A stretch of DNA of 64,000 bases, from contig MEFY01000002.1 of NCBI GenBank assembly GCA_001725325.1, positions 621,559-685,558 on the forward strand. Direction: 5' to 3'. This document shows positions 9,475 through 17,820 of this stretch, one piece after another; position 1 is the stretch's first letter; each line of letters starts with the position of its first letter. The notes beneath the pieces were generated by a model that ran no database searches, was not told the origin of the DNA, and saw only the letters and a program-made list of their open reading frames with translations. Both the position numbers and the translations under genes were made by a program. Origin of the DNA: Leifsonia sp. SCN 70-46 (GTDB taxonomy: Bacteria > Actinomycetota > Actinomycetes > Actinomycetales > Microbacteriaceae).

Positions 9475-10062
9475 TCAGTCCTCGCGCACCTGCAGCCCGA
9501 AGGCGGCGGCGATGGCGACCGCCTGCCGCTCGGTGATGATCGCGCCGCGCAGCGAGACCGTCGCGGGGTCGAACGCGGAGAGGTCGCTGCCCCGGAGGTC
9601 GGCGAGGTCGAAGTCGGCCTTGGCGAGGGACGCTCCCGACAGGTCGCACGAGAGGAACGACGCGCCCGAGCAGCGGGCGGACGTGAGGTCGGCCTCGCGC
9701 AGGGTCACGCCGTCGAACGTCGCGCCCTGCAGGCGCGCCCCGGGCATCCCCACGAAGCCCCAGTTGCCGCCGACGACCTTGACGATGTCCCACGAGCAGT
9801 CGCGGAAGGTGCTGCCCGTGAGCTTGCAGCGGGTGAACGTGGCGTCGAAGAAGTTGCCGCCCCGGAACGTGCAGTTCACGAACGCGGTGTCGGTATGGGT
9901 CGAGGCGTTGAACTTGACGTTGACGAAGCTGCACTCCTCGAAGACGGTGCCCGACGTCGTCGCCTCGGTCATGTCGACGTCGATGAACTCGGTGCGGCTG
10001 AAGGTCTCGCGGCCGATGTCGCGCGCGTACCAGTCCTCGCCGCGCACGGTGTGCTCGATCAT
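9475..10062 (-). CDS. Pentapeptide-repeat protein, MfpA/Qnr-like
   Basis: 195 aa, almost entirely pentapeptide repeats (e.g. CSFVNVKFNASTHTDTAFVNCTFRGGNFFDATFTRCKLTGSTFRDCSW and ADLTSARCSGASFLSCDLSGASLAKADFDLADLRGSDLS). The C-terminus is RQAVAIAAAFGLQV. The ATG overlaps the hemY stop (ATGA). Confidence 0.85.
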   Translation of the reverse strand: MIEHTVRGEDWYARDIGRETFSRTEFIDVDMTEATTSGTVFEECSFVNVKFNASTHTDTAFVNCTFRGGNFFDATFTRCKLTGSTFRDCSWDIVKVVGGNWGFVGMPGARLQGATFDGVTLREADLTSARCSGASFLSCDLSGASLAKADFDLADLRGSDLSAFDPATVSLRGAIITERQAVAIAAAFGLQVRED

Positions 10063-11243
10063 GCGAGCAGCTCCTCGGCCCTCGCCTCGGCCTGAGCGAC
10101 GATCCCCGCGAGGCCGGACCCCGCGACCGCCTCGCCCACGTCGGCGGCGCCCGGTCCGCGGCGGGTCCACTCGACGCGCGCGAATCCCACGGGCTCGGGG
10201 ATCGCCACGCCCAGCAGGGCGCTCGCGTCGGCCCGGGCCGTGGCCTCGAGGTCGGCGGGCTCGTCGTCGTACGAGAGGCGCAGCACGTGGCGCCCCGCCG
10301 CGCGCTCGCGCAGCCACTCCCACTTGGCCGTCGAGTGCGTGAGGGCGCGCGCGCGGATGCCCGGAGCCCCGCCCGCGACGAGCACCCCCGTGCCGCGGGG
10401 TGCGGAGTCGAGCTCGGGCGCCTCGACGACGAGGGTCGCGAGCACGATCCTGCGGCCGGGGGACGGGTCGAGCGGGGCGGCGAGCACGACCGTGCCGTCG
10501 AGGCCGTCGACGCCGCGCACCCGCCGGCCGAGCCGCACGTCGACGCCGTAGGTCGCGAGGTCGGCCGCGAGCTCGGTCACGAGCCGGTGCACCCCGCCGC
10601 GGATGCCCGCGACGGCCGAGCCGGGCGGGGCGGCATCCCGCAGGAACCGCACGGCGGCGGCGAGGGAGCCCTCCCGGCCGAACGCGGCGCGCAGGCCGGG
10701 CACCCGGTCGAGGTCGAGCTCGTCGGGATGCACGGAGTGCACGCCGTGCACGACGGGCGCCACGAGCCGCTCGAGCAGCGCCGACCCCATGCGCCGCCGC
10801 ACGAGCCTTCCGAGGGTGAGGGACTTGCGGGCCCACAGCGAGGGGATGACCGCGTCGAGCTGCGCGCGCATCGCGCCGCGCGTGCCGACCACGGCGATGA
10901 CGTCGGCCGAGAGGGGCGTGCCCGGGATGCCGAGGATGCTCGTCTCCGGGAGGTGCACCGCGGCTCCGGACGCGGGCTGCAGCCACGCCCCGGCCTCGGA
11001 CGGCGCCACGACCTCGTCGCCCAGTCCCAGCTCGCGCGCGAGCGCGGCGACGGTGCCGCCCCGCACGGCGAAGCTCTCCGCCCCCGCGTCGAGGTCGACG
11101 CCGCCCACGATGTGCGCGGCGACGGTGCCGCCCAGGCGGTCCGACGCCTCGAGCAGCGTGACCGGGCGCCCCGCCATGGCGAGCCGGCGGGCCACGACGA
11201 GCCCGCCGATGCCGCCGCCGACGACCGTGAACTCAGCGGTCAT
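10059..11243 (-). CDS. hemY: Coproporphyrinogen/protoporphyrinogen oxidase (HemY/CgoX), FAD-dependent
   Basis: 394-aa ORF with an N-terminal dinucleotide fold (FTVVGGGIGGLVVARRLA...LLEASDRLGG). It sits between hemE and hemQ. Confidence 0.85.
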   Translation of the reverse strand: MTAEFTVVGGGIGGLVVARRLAMAGRPVTLLEASDRLGGTVAAHIVGGVDLDAGAESFAVRGGTVAALARELGLGDEVVAPSEAGAWLQPASGAAVHLPETSILGIPGTPLSADVIAVVGTRGAMRAQLDAVIPSLWARKSLTLGRLVRRRMGSALLERLVAPVVHGVHSVHPDELDLDRVPGLRAAFGREGSLAAAVRFLRDAAPPGSAVAGIRGGVHRLVTELAADLATYGVDVRLGRRVRGVDGLDGTVVLAAPLDPSPGRRIVLATLVVEAPELDSAPRGTGVLVAGGAPGIRARALTHSTAKWEWLRERAAGRHVLRLSYDDEPADLEATARADASALLGVAIPEPVGFARVEWTRRGPGAADVGEAVAGSGLAGIVAQAEARAEELLA

Positions 11244-12288
11244 GCACGAGCTCGACGATGCGGGTCAGCACGTCGGGGTCGGTGTCCGGCGGCACGCCGT
11301 GCCCGAGGTTCACCACGTGGCCCGGGGCCGAGAGGCCCCGTGCCAGGACATCCTCGACGTGCGCCTCGAGGATGCGCCACGGCGCCCCCAGGAGCGCGGG
11401 GTCGATGTTGCCTTGCAGGGGCACGCCGCCGCCGAGCCGCTCCTCCGCGAGGTCGAGCGGGATGCGCCAGTCGACACCCATGACGTCCGCGCCGATGCCG
11501 TGCATGGCGCGGAGGAACTCGCCGCCGCCGAGGCCGAAGTGCACCTTCGGCACGTCGAAGCCGCGCAGGTGCGAGAACACCCGCTTCGAGTGCGGCGCGA
11601 CGCGGCGCACGTACTGCTGCTCGCTCAGCGAGCCCACCCACGAGTCGAAGAGCTGTACCGCGGATGCGCCGGCCTCGACCTGGGCCACGAGGAACTCGCC
11701 CGCGACGTCGGCGCACCAGTTGAGCAGCGTCGCCCACAGCTGGGGCTCGGTGTACATGAGGGCGCGCGTGCGCTGCTGGTCCTTGGACGGGCCGCCCTCC
11801 ACGAGGTACGACGCGAGGGTGAACGGCGCGCCCGCGAAGCCGATGAGCGGGGTCGAGCCGAGCTCGGCGACCGTGCGGGCCACCGCCTCGCGGATGGGGT
11901 CGAGGGCGCCGGGTTCGAGGGGGCGCAGCGCCGCGACATCCTGCGCGGTCCTGATGGGGTTGGCGAAGACTGGCCCGGTTCCGGGGACGATCTCGACGTC
12001 GGCGCCCGCGAGCCTGGCGGGGATGACGATGTCGCTGAAGAAGATCGCGGCGTCGACGCCGTGGCGGCGCACGGGCTGCAGCGTGATCTCGGAGGCGAGC
12101 TCCGGGGTGAGGCACGCCTCGAGCATCTGGGTGCCGACGCGCAGCTCGCGGTACTCCGGCAGGGAGCGTCCGGCCTGCCGCATGAACCACACGGGGGTGC
12201 GCTCGGGGCGGTCGCCGCGGTACGCGCGGACCAGTGAAGAGGTGCCCGTCCTGCCGTCGAGAAGCGGATGGTCAGGGGTCAGGGGCAC
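11233..12288 (-). CDS. hemE: Uroporphyrinogen decarboxylase
   Basis: 351 aa with RTPVWFMRQAGRSLPEYR and other UroD motifs. The GTG start is the only start upstream of the conserved N-terminal motif. Confidence 0.95.
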   Translation of the reverse strand: MPLTPDHPLLDGRTGTSSLVRAYRGDRPERTPVWFMRQAGRSLPEYRELRVGTQMLEACLTPELASEITLQPVRRHGVDAAIFFSDIVIPARLAGADVEIVPGTGPVFANPIRTAQDVAALRPLEPGALDPIREAVARTVAELGSTPLIGFAGAPFTLASYLVEGGPSKDQQRTRALMYTEPQLWATLLNWCADVAGEFLVAQVEAGASAVQLFDSWVGSLSEQQYVRRVAPHSKRVFSHLRGFDVPKVHFGLGGGEFLRAMHGIGADVMGVDWRIPLDLAEERLGGGVPLQGNIDPALLGAPWRILEAHVEDVLARGLSAPGHVVNLGHGVPPDTDPDVLTRIVELVHDR

Positions 12289-12305
12289 GGGGTTAACATT
12301 AGGTC
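12289..12305. promoter_or_regulatory. 17-bp divergent hemE/hemA spacer with overlapping -10-like hexamers on both strands
   Basis: The spacer reads GGGGTTAACATTAGGTC. TAACAT lies on the plus strand with 6 intervening nt before the hemA GTG. TAATGT lies on the minus strand with 7 intervening nt before the hemE GTG. Confidence 0.4.
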
Positions 12306-13517
12306 GTGCTCCTGTGCCTCAGCTCGAACCATGGCAACGCGAGCTTCGAGCTACTCGAGAAGCTGTCGTTCGTCGCCCCCGGTGCGACCACCGCGCTGCT
12401 CGACTCCACGGCGTTCGTGCAGGGCGCCGTCGTGCTCGCGACCTGCAACAGGTTCGAGGCCTACCTCGACATCGACGAGCCCCTCACCGCGGCGAGCGCG
12501 GTGGCCGTCGAGTCCGTGCTCTCCACCCTGAGCGAGGCGAGCGGCATCCCCGAGCGCGAGCTGCGCGCGGGCATCACGGTGCACGAGGGCGAGCATGTCG
12601 CCCAGCACCTCTTCGCCGTCACGAGCGGGCTCGAATCGGTGGTGGTGGGCGAGGACGAGATCTCGGGCCAGGTGGGCCGCGCCCTCGACCGCGCGCGCAC
12701 CGAGGGCACCACGAGCCGCGACCTCGAGCGCCTCTTCCAGCGCGCCACCCACACGAGCCGCGGCGTCAAGAACCTCACGGCCATCGGCGGGGCCGGCCGC
12801 TCGCTCGTGCGCCTCTCGCTCGAGCTCGCGTCGAGCCGCGTGGGCGACTGGGCGGATGCCCGGGTGCTCCTCATCGGCACGGGCCAGTACGCCGCCACCA
12901 CGGTCGCGGCGCTGCGCGACAGGGGCGCGCGCGACATCCGCGTGCTCAGCCGCACGGGCCGCGGACCGGCGTTCGCCGCCAAGCACGGCCTCGTGCACGA
13001 CCACTCGTTCGACGTCGACGTCGTCATCGCGTGCACGGCCAACACCGTCATCGGGCCGGAGCTGTTCACCGGCACGCATCGCCGCCTCGTCATCGACCTC
13101 GGCCTGCCGCGCAACATCGACCCCGCCGTCGCGGGCGTGGAGGGGGTCGAGCTGCTCGACCTCGAGACCGTGCGCCTGCACGCGCCCCTCGAGCAGCTCT
13201 CCGAGAAGGCCCACGACCTCGTGCGCACGGCCGCGGCCGAGTTCACCGCCGAGGCCGCCGCCGAGCCGGCGATCGTCGCCCTGCGCACCCACGTCTTCGA
13301 GCTGCTCGACGCCGAGATCGCACGGGCCCGCTCGCGCGGCGCCGGCGACGAGACGGAGTCCGCTCTGCGCCACCTCGCGGGAGTGCTGCTGCACGAGCCC
13401 TCCGTGCGGGCCCGCGAGCTCGCCGCCGAGGGCCGCCTCGACGAGTTCGTGGCGGGCCTTGCCGCACTGCACGGCGTGCATCCTGCCGCCCCCGAGCGGG
13501 CGGCGGACACGGCGTGA
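12306..13517 (+). CDS. hemA: Glutamyl-tRNA reductase
   Basis: 403 aa. It begins (V)LLCLSSNHGNASFELLEKL, has ATCNRFEAY (catalytic Cys) and the NADPH-binding motif LLIGTGQYA. Confidence 0.9.
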   Translation: MLLCLSSNHGNASFELLEKLSFVAPGATTALLDSTAFVQGAVVLATCNRFEAYLDIDEPLTAASAVAVESVLSTLSEASGIPERELRAGITVHEGEHVAQHLFAVTSGLESVVVGEDEISGQVGRALDRARTEGTTSRDLERLFQRATHTSRGVKNLTAIGGAGRSLVRLSLELASSRVGDWADARVLLIGTGQYAATTVAALRDRGARDIRVLSRTGRGPAFAAKHGLVHDHSFDVDVVIACTANTVIGPELFTGTHRRLVIDLGLPRNIDPAVAGVEGVELLDLETVRLHAPLEQLSEKAHDLVRTAAAEFTAEAAAEPAIVALRTHVFELLDAEIARARSRGAGDETESALRHLAGVLLHEPSVRARELAAEGRLDEFVAGLAALHGVHPAAPERAADTA

Positions 13518-14068
13518 TCCCCTGGGACTACGAGCCCATCACCACGGAGCGCCTCACGTTGCGGCTCCTGACCGACGACGACGTCGACGATGTGCTCGCG
13601 TGGATGTCCGACGAGGCCGTCACGCGCTACCAGCTCTACGATGTGCGCTCGCGCGAGCAGGTGCAGGAGCACATCGACAAGGTCAAGCACGCCCGCCGGC
13701 TCGAGAACGACGACGACTTCGTCGAGTTCGGCATCGACCTCGACGGCACCGTCATCGGGTGCATCTACTTCCCCCTCAAGAGCGTGGAGAACGAGACCGC
13801 CGAGCTCGGCTGGGCGCTCACCGCGGCGTACCAGGGCAAGGGCTACGCGTTCGAGGCGGCGAGCGCCGTCATGGCGATCGCCTTCGAGAGGATGCGGCTG
13901 CACCGCGTCATCGCCGAGCTCGACCCGCGCAACGAGCCGTCGGTCGCCCTGTGCCTGCGGCTCGGCATGCGGCGCGAGGCCCACTACGTCGAGGACATGA
14001 TGTTCAAGGGCGCCTGGGCCGACACGGGGGTCTACGCGATCCTCGACCGCGAGTACCGCGCCCGCTGA
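13514..14068 (+). CDS. GNAT family N-acetyltransferase (RimJ/RimL-like)
   Basis: 184 aa starting from a GTG that overlaps the hemA stop (GTGA). The motifs ERLTLRLLTDDD, GWALTAAYQGKGYAFEA and HRVIAELDPRNEPS are present. Confidence 0.85.
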   Translation: MIPWDYEPITTERLTLRLLTDDDVDDVLAWMSDEAVTRYQLYDVRSREQVQEHIDKVKHARRLENDDDFVEFGIDLDGTVIGCIYFPLKSVENETAELGWALTAAYQGKGYAFEAASAVMAIAFERMRLHRVIAELDPRNEPSVALCLRLGMRREAHYVEDMMFKGAWADTGVYAILDREYRAR

Positions 14069-14178
14069 CCCTCCCTCCCCCTCCTCTCCTTCCGCATCCT
14101 GCGGGCATGGTGGCGAGCTGCGACGGACGTTTCCGCGATCTCGCACACCTGCGGGGAGGATGCGCTCCCACGAACTGT

Positions 14179-14206
14179 ACGCCGTACATCGTCAGTTGTA
14201 CGGCGT
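14179..14206. terminator. Hairpin in the convergent GNAT/GH3 spacer
   Basis: 10-bp stem ACGCCGTACA / TGTACGGCGT with an 8-nt loop and no clear U-tract. It could act on either strand. Confidence 0.35.
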
Positions 14207-14266
14207 TCAATATGTAACGACAGGCGTGTGCCCGGGCGCGCCGAAGAGGCGCCTGACCGGCACTTC

Positions 14267-16483
14267 TCAGCGGCGGCGGAGAAGGCTCGCGACACCCCGC
14301 ACGACGGGGTTGTTCGCCAAGGCGATGAGCACGCCCACGCGCTTGAACGAATCGCCGACGCCGGGGAAGCGCATGAGCCGCCTCATGGGCATCGACGCGA
14401 CCATCTCGAGGAGGTTCGCGTTGTCGCCGTCGTCGACGCCGGAGGCGGCGCGCGCGAGGATCGGTCCGGTGACAGGATGCCCGAGGAAGTCGCTCACGCG
14501 GGAGTCGAGGGTGAGCCGTCCGACCCGCGGAGGAGCCAGCTCCACGGTCTGGGAGGCCACGATGTCGTGCGCGGAACGCCCGATCTCGACCGAATAGCGC
14601 CCGCCGGCGACCACCCAGGCCTTCCTGGAGACGTCCCAGTGGCTGAAGGCCCGGTTCTCGAGCTCGAAATGCACCCGGATCGCCTCAGAAGGCTCCAGAG
14701 AGATCTTCTCGAAGCCCCTGAGCTCGCGCCGGGGCACCGGTACGCCGTCCGTCGGGGCCGAGATGTAGAGCTGCACGACATCGGCACCCGCGCGCGACCC
14801 CGTGTTCGTGACCGTGACCGAGGCGCCCTTCGGCGTGGCCACCAGGTCGGAGTACGCGAAGGTCGTGTAGGTCAGCCCGTGGCCGAACGGATAGCGCACG
14901 GGGCGGTCGACGGTCTCGTAGTAGCGGTAGCCCACGAAGATGCCCTCGCCGTACCGCACGGTGTCGCCGTCGCCGGGGAAGTTCAGGAAGGCGGGGGTGT
15001 CCTGCAGGCGCAGCGGGATGCTCTCCGCCAGACGGCCCGAGGGCGCGACCCGGCCGAACAGCACGTCGGCGAGGGCCGACCCCCCGGCCTGGCCGAGGAG
15101 CCACGACTCCACGATCGCGGGCACGGAGTCGTGCCACGGCTCGAGCGAGACCACGCCGCCGTTGGTGAGGATGACGACCGTGCGCGGGTTGGCGGCGGCG
15201 ACCTCGGCGATGAGCCGCACCTGGGCGTCGGGCAGGTCGAGGTGCGTGCGGTCGTATCCCTCGGACTCGTCGCGCGCGGGGAGCCCGACGAAGAGCAGGA
15301 CGGTGCCGGAGCGGCGGGCGACCGAGACTGCCTCGGCGATGAGGGGCTCGGGCGCGACGCGCGGGTCGAGGCTGTAGCCGGGCGCGAACTCGACGGGCGA
15401 GATCGACGAGATGGCGTCGAGCGCGGAGTCGACGCGCGTCGCGGTGACCTGCGACGATCCGGCCCCCTGGATGCGCGGGGTGCGCGCGAATTCGCCGATC
15501 ACCCCGATCGCCTGAGCGGTGTCGATCGGCAGCAGCCCGCCCTCGTTGCGCAGGAGCACCATCGACTCGGTGGCGGCCTCGCGCGCGAGGGCGTGATGCC
15601 CGGCCGAGCCCGCCGAGGCAGGACCACCGGTGCTCGAGCCCGTCCAGGCCCGCTCCGCGAGGTGCTGCACGCGGCGCACCGCGGCGTCGAGCACGGCGAG
15701 GTCGAGCTCGCCCGAGCGCACCGCTGCCACCACCGCCGCGGTGCTGTCGGACTGCGGGCCGGGCATCTCGAGGTCGAGGCCGGCCTTGAGCGCGGGGACG
15801 CGGTGCTCGACCGCTCCCCAGTCGGAGACGACGAGGCCGCGGAACCCCCACTCGTCGCGCAGCACGTCGGTGAGCAGCCAGCGGTTCTCGGCCGCGGCCA
15901 CGCCGTTGATCCGGTTGTACGAGCACATGACCGTCCAGGGCTGCTCGCCCGTGACGACGCGCTCGAAGGCGGGGAGGTAGATCTCGCGCAGGGTGCGCTC
16001 GTCGACCTCCGCGCTCACCGTCATGCGGTTGGTCTCCTGGTTGTTCGCGGCGAAGTGCTTGAGCGAGGCGCCGACCCCTCGCGACTGCACTCCGCGCACC
16101 CACGCCGCGCCGAGCTCGCCGCTCAGCAGGGGGTCTTCGGAGAAGTACTCGAAGTTGCGGCCGCACAGCGGCGAGCGCTTGATGTTGACCCCGGGGCCCA
16201 GCAGCACGCCCACGCCCTCCGCGCGCGACTCGTCGCCGAGGGCGACGCCCACGCGCTCGACGAGGGCGGGGTTCCAGCTCGAGGCGAGGCCCGCGGCCGG
16301 CGGGAAGCACGTCGCCGGAACGCTGTCGCCGATGCCGAGCGCGTCTCCACCGCCGCGCTGCAGCCGCACGCCGTGCGGTCCGTCGGTCACGACGACGGAC
16401 GGGATGCCCTCGGCCGAGGCCGTGCTCCAGAAGCTCGCGCCCACCACGAGCGCGGCTTTCTGCTCGAGCGTGAGGGCCTGCAT
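14267..16483 (-). CDS. Glycoside hydrolase family 3 beta-glucosidase
   Basis: 738 aa with VTDGPHGVR, KHFAANNQE and VVSDWGAV (nucleophile Asp context), and a C-terminal fibronectin-like domain. Confidence 0.9.
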   Translation of the reverse strand: MQALTLEQKAALVVGASFWSTASAEGIPSVVVTDGPHGVRLQRGGGDALGIGDSVPATCFPPAAGLASSWNPALVERVGVALGDESRAEGVGVLLGPGVNIKRSPLCGRNFEYFSEDPLLSGELGAAWVRGVQSRGVGASLKHFAANNQETNRMTVSAEVDERTLREIYLPAFERVVTGEQPWTVMCSYNRINGVAAAENRWLLTDVLRDEWGFRGLVVSDWGAVEHRVPALKAGLDLEMPGPQSDSTAAVVAAVRSGELDLAVLDAAVRRVQHLAERAWTGSSTGGPASAGSAGHHALAREAATESMVLLRNEGGLLPIDTAQAIGVIGEFARTPRIQGAGSSQVTATRVDSALDAISSISPVEFAPGYSLDPRVAPEPLIAEAVSVARRSGTVLLFVGLPARDESEGYDRTHLDLPDAQVRLIAEVAAANPRTVVILTNGGVVSLEPWHDSVPAIVESWLLGQAGGSALADVLFGRVAPSGRLAESIPLRLQDTPAFLNFPGDGDTVRYGEGIFVGYRYYETVDRPVRYPFGHGLTYTTFAYSDLVATPKGASVTVTNTGSRAGADVVQLYISAPTDGVPVPRRELRGFEKISLEPSEAIRVHFELENRAFSHWDVSRKAWVVAGGRYSVEIGRSAHDIVASQTVELAPPRVGRLTLDSRVSDFLGHPVTGPILARAASGVDDGDNANLLEMVASMPMRRLMRFPGVGDSFKRVGVLIALANNPVVRGVASLLRRR

Positions 16484-16487
16484 CCGG

Positions 16488-17738
16488 CTACTTTACGGCG
16501 CGGATCGGCGCGATCAACCCCGCGCCCAGAAGGGACAGCACGGCGCCCGCGAGGAAGAGCGCCGTGTAGTTCGAGCCCGTGCCGCCGATCGCGAGGAAGA
16601 ACGGCGCCATCGCCGGCGCGACGGACTGCGGCAGCGAGTTGGCGATGTTGAAGATACCCATGTCTTTCGCGGCGGCGTGCTCCTTGTCGGGCAGCACGTC
16701 GGTGATGAGGGCGAGGTCGACGGCGAAGTACGCGCCGATGCCCACGCCCATGACGACGGCGGCCACGTAGAAGACCGGCAGCGTGCTCGTGAGCGCGAGC
16801 ATCCCCAGCGCCACCGCGACGATCGCCGCGGCGGCGAAGACGAACGGCTTGCGGCGGCCCGTGCGGTCGGACGCCCTTCCGCACAGCACGGCGCTCACGG
16901 TGAGCGAGGCCGCGAAGATGAGCAGCGCGATGAGCTGCTGCAGGATGAGGCCCTCGGTCGGCACCCCGAGCTTGTCGGTGATGAAGTAGGGCTGGTAGGT
17001 CGTGTAGACGGCGAAGCCGAGGATGACGAAGAACCTGCCGAACCACGTCCACGCGACGTCGTAGCGCTTGCCCGCGGGGATTGCGAAGGCGCGCACGAAC
17101 GCGCCGAGCGAGAACGCGCCCACCTCGTCGTGCGGCACGTCGCGGATCATGACCGCGAGCAGGATCATGAGCACCGCGCCCACGATGCCCGGGATGAAGA
17201 CCATGTTGGCGACGCCGAGGCCCGCGGCCTGGATGCCGAACGCGAGACCGATGCCGACGACGGGGGAGACCTGCTGCGCGATGCCGAGCACGGCGCTCAC
17301 CCGGGCGCGCTGCTCGAGCGGCACCTGGTCGGGCAGCAGCGCCTGCAGCGCCGCGAGCACCATGTTGAGCGTGAGCTGCGCGAGGCCCCAGCCGATCCCG
17401 ACCACGAGCAGGTTCGGGGCGAAGCCCACGATGCCGAGGGCCACGATGCCGCCGAGCGCACCGCCGATGATCCACGGCCGGCGCCGGCCGAGGCGGGATC
17501 GCGTGCGGTCGCTCAGCGCCCCCGTGAGGAGGTTGGCGAAGATCGCGACGAGGGCGCCGATGGCCGCGATGAGCCCGAGGCTCGCCTCCTTGCCCGCGGG
17601 GTCGAGCTCCGCGATCTTGAGTGCCAGCGTCGTGACGACGGGCGTGATGAGGGCGACGTACGAGCCCACGTAGCCGATCGCGTACAGCGCGATGAACCTG
17701 CCGCTCGCCTGCGGGATCGACGTCGTCGTCATGATCAT
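16488..17738 (-). CDS. MFS/GPH-type sugar (glycoside) transporter
   Basis: About 416 aa starting MIMTTTSIPQ, with roughly 12 hydrophobic segments and the loop motif SDRTRSRLGRRRPW. Its stop is 4 nt from the GH3 start. A second ATG at 17732 is an alternative start. Confidence 0.85.
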   Translation of the reverse strand: MIMTTTSIPQASGRFIALYAIGYVGSYVALITPVVTTLALKIAELDPAGKEASLGLIAAIGALVAIFANLLTGALSDRTRSRLGRRRPWIIGGALGGIVALGIVGFAPNLLVVGIGWGLAQLTLNMVLAALQALLPDQVPLEQRARVSAVLGIAQQVSPVVGIGLAFGIQAAGLGVANMVFIPGIVGAVLMILLAVMIRDVPHDEVGAFSLGAFVRAFAIPAGKRYDVAWTWFGRFFVILGFAVYTTYQPYFITDKLGVPTEGLILQQLIALLIFAASLTVSAVLCGRASDRTGRRKPFVFAAAAIVAVALGMLALTSTLPVFYVAAVVMGVGIGAYFAVDLALITDVLPDKEHAAAKDMGIFNIANSLPQSVAPAMAPFFLAIGGTGSNYTALFLAGAVLSLLGAGLIAPIRAVK

Positions 17739-17771
17739 GAATGTAGTGCCCGCGTGCCCCGAAACGGCGGA

Positions 17772-17799
17772 AGCGCCCGGGTACGGATACCCGGGCGCT
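17772..17799 (-). terminator. Stem-loop downstream of the surface-protein gene
   Basis: Perfect 12-bp stem AGCGCCCGGGTA / TACCCGGGCGCT with the loop CGGA, 22 nt after the stop at 17821. Confidence 0.6.
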
Positions 17800-17820
17800 C
17801 CCTCACCAGGAGGCGGTGTG

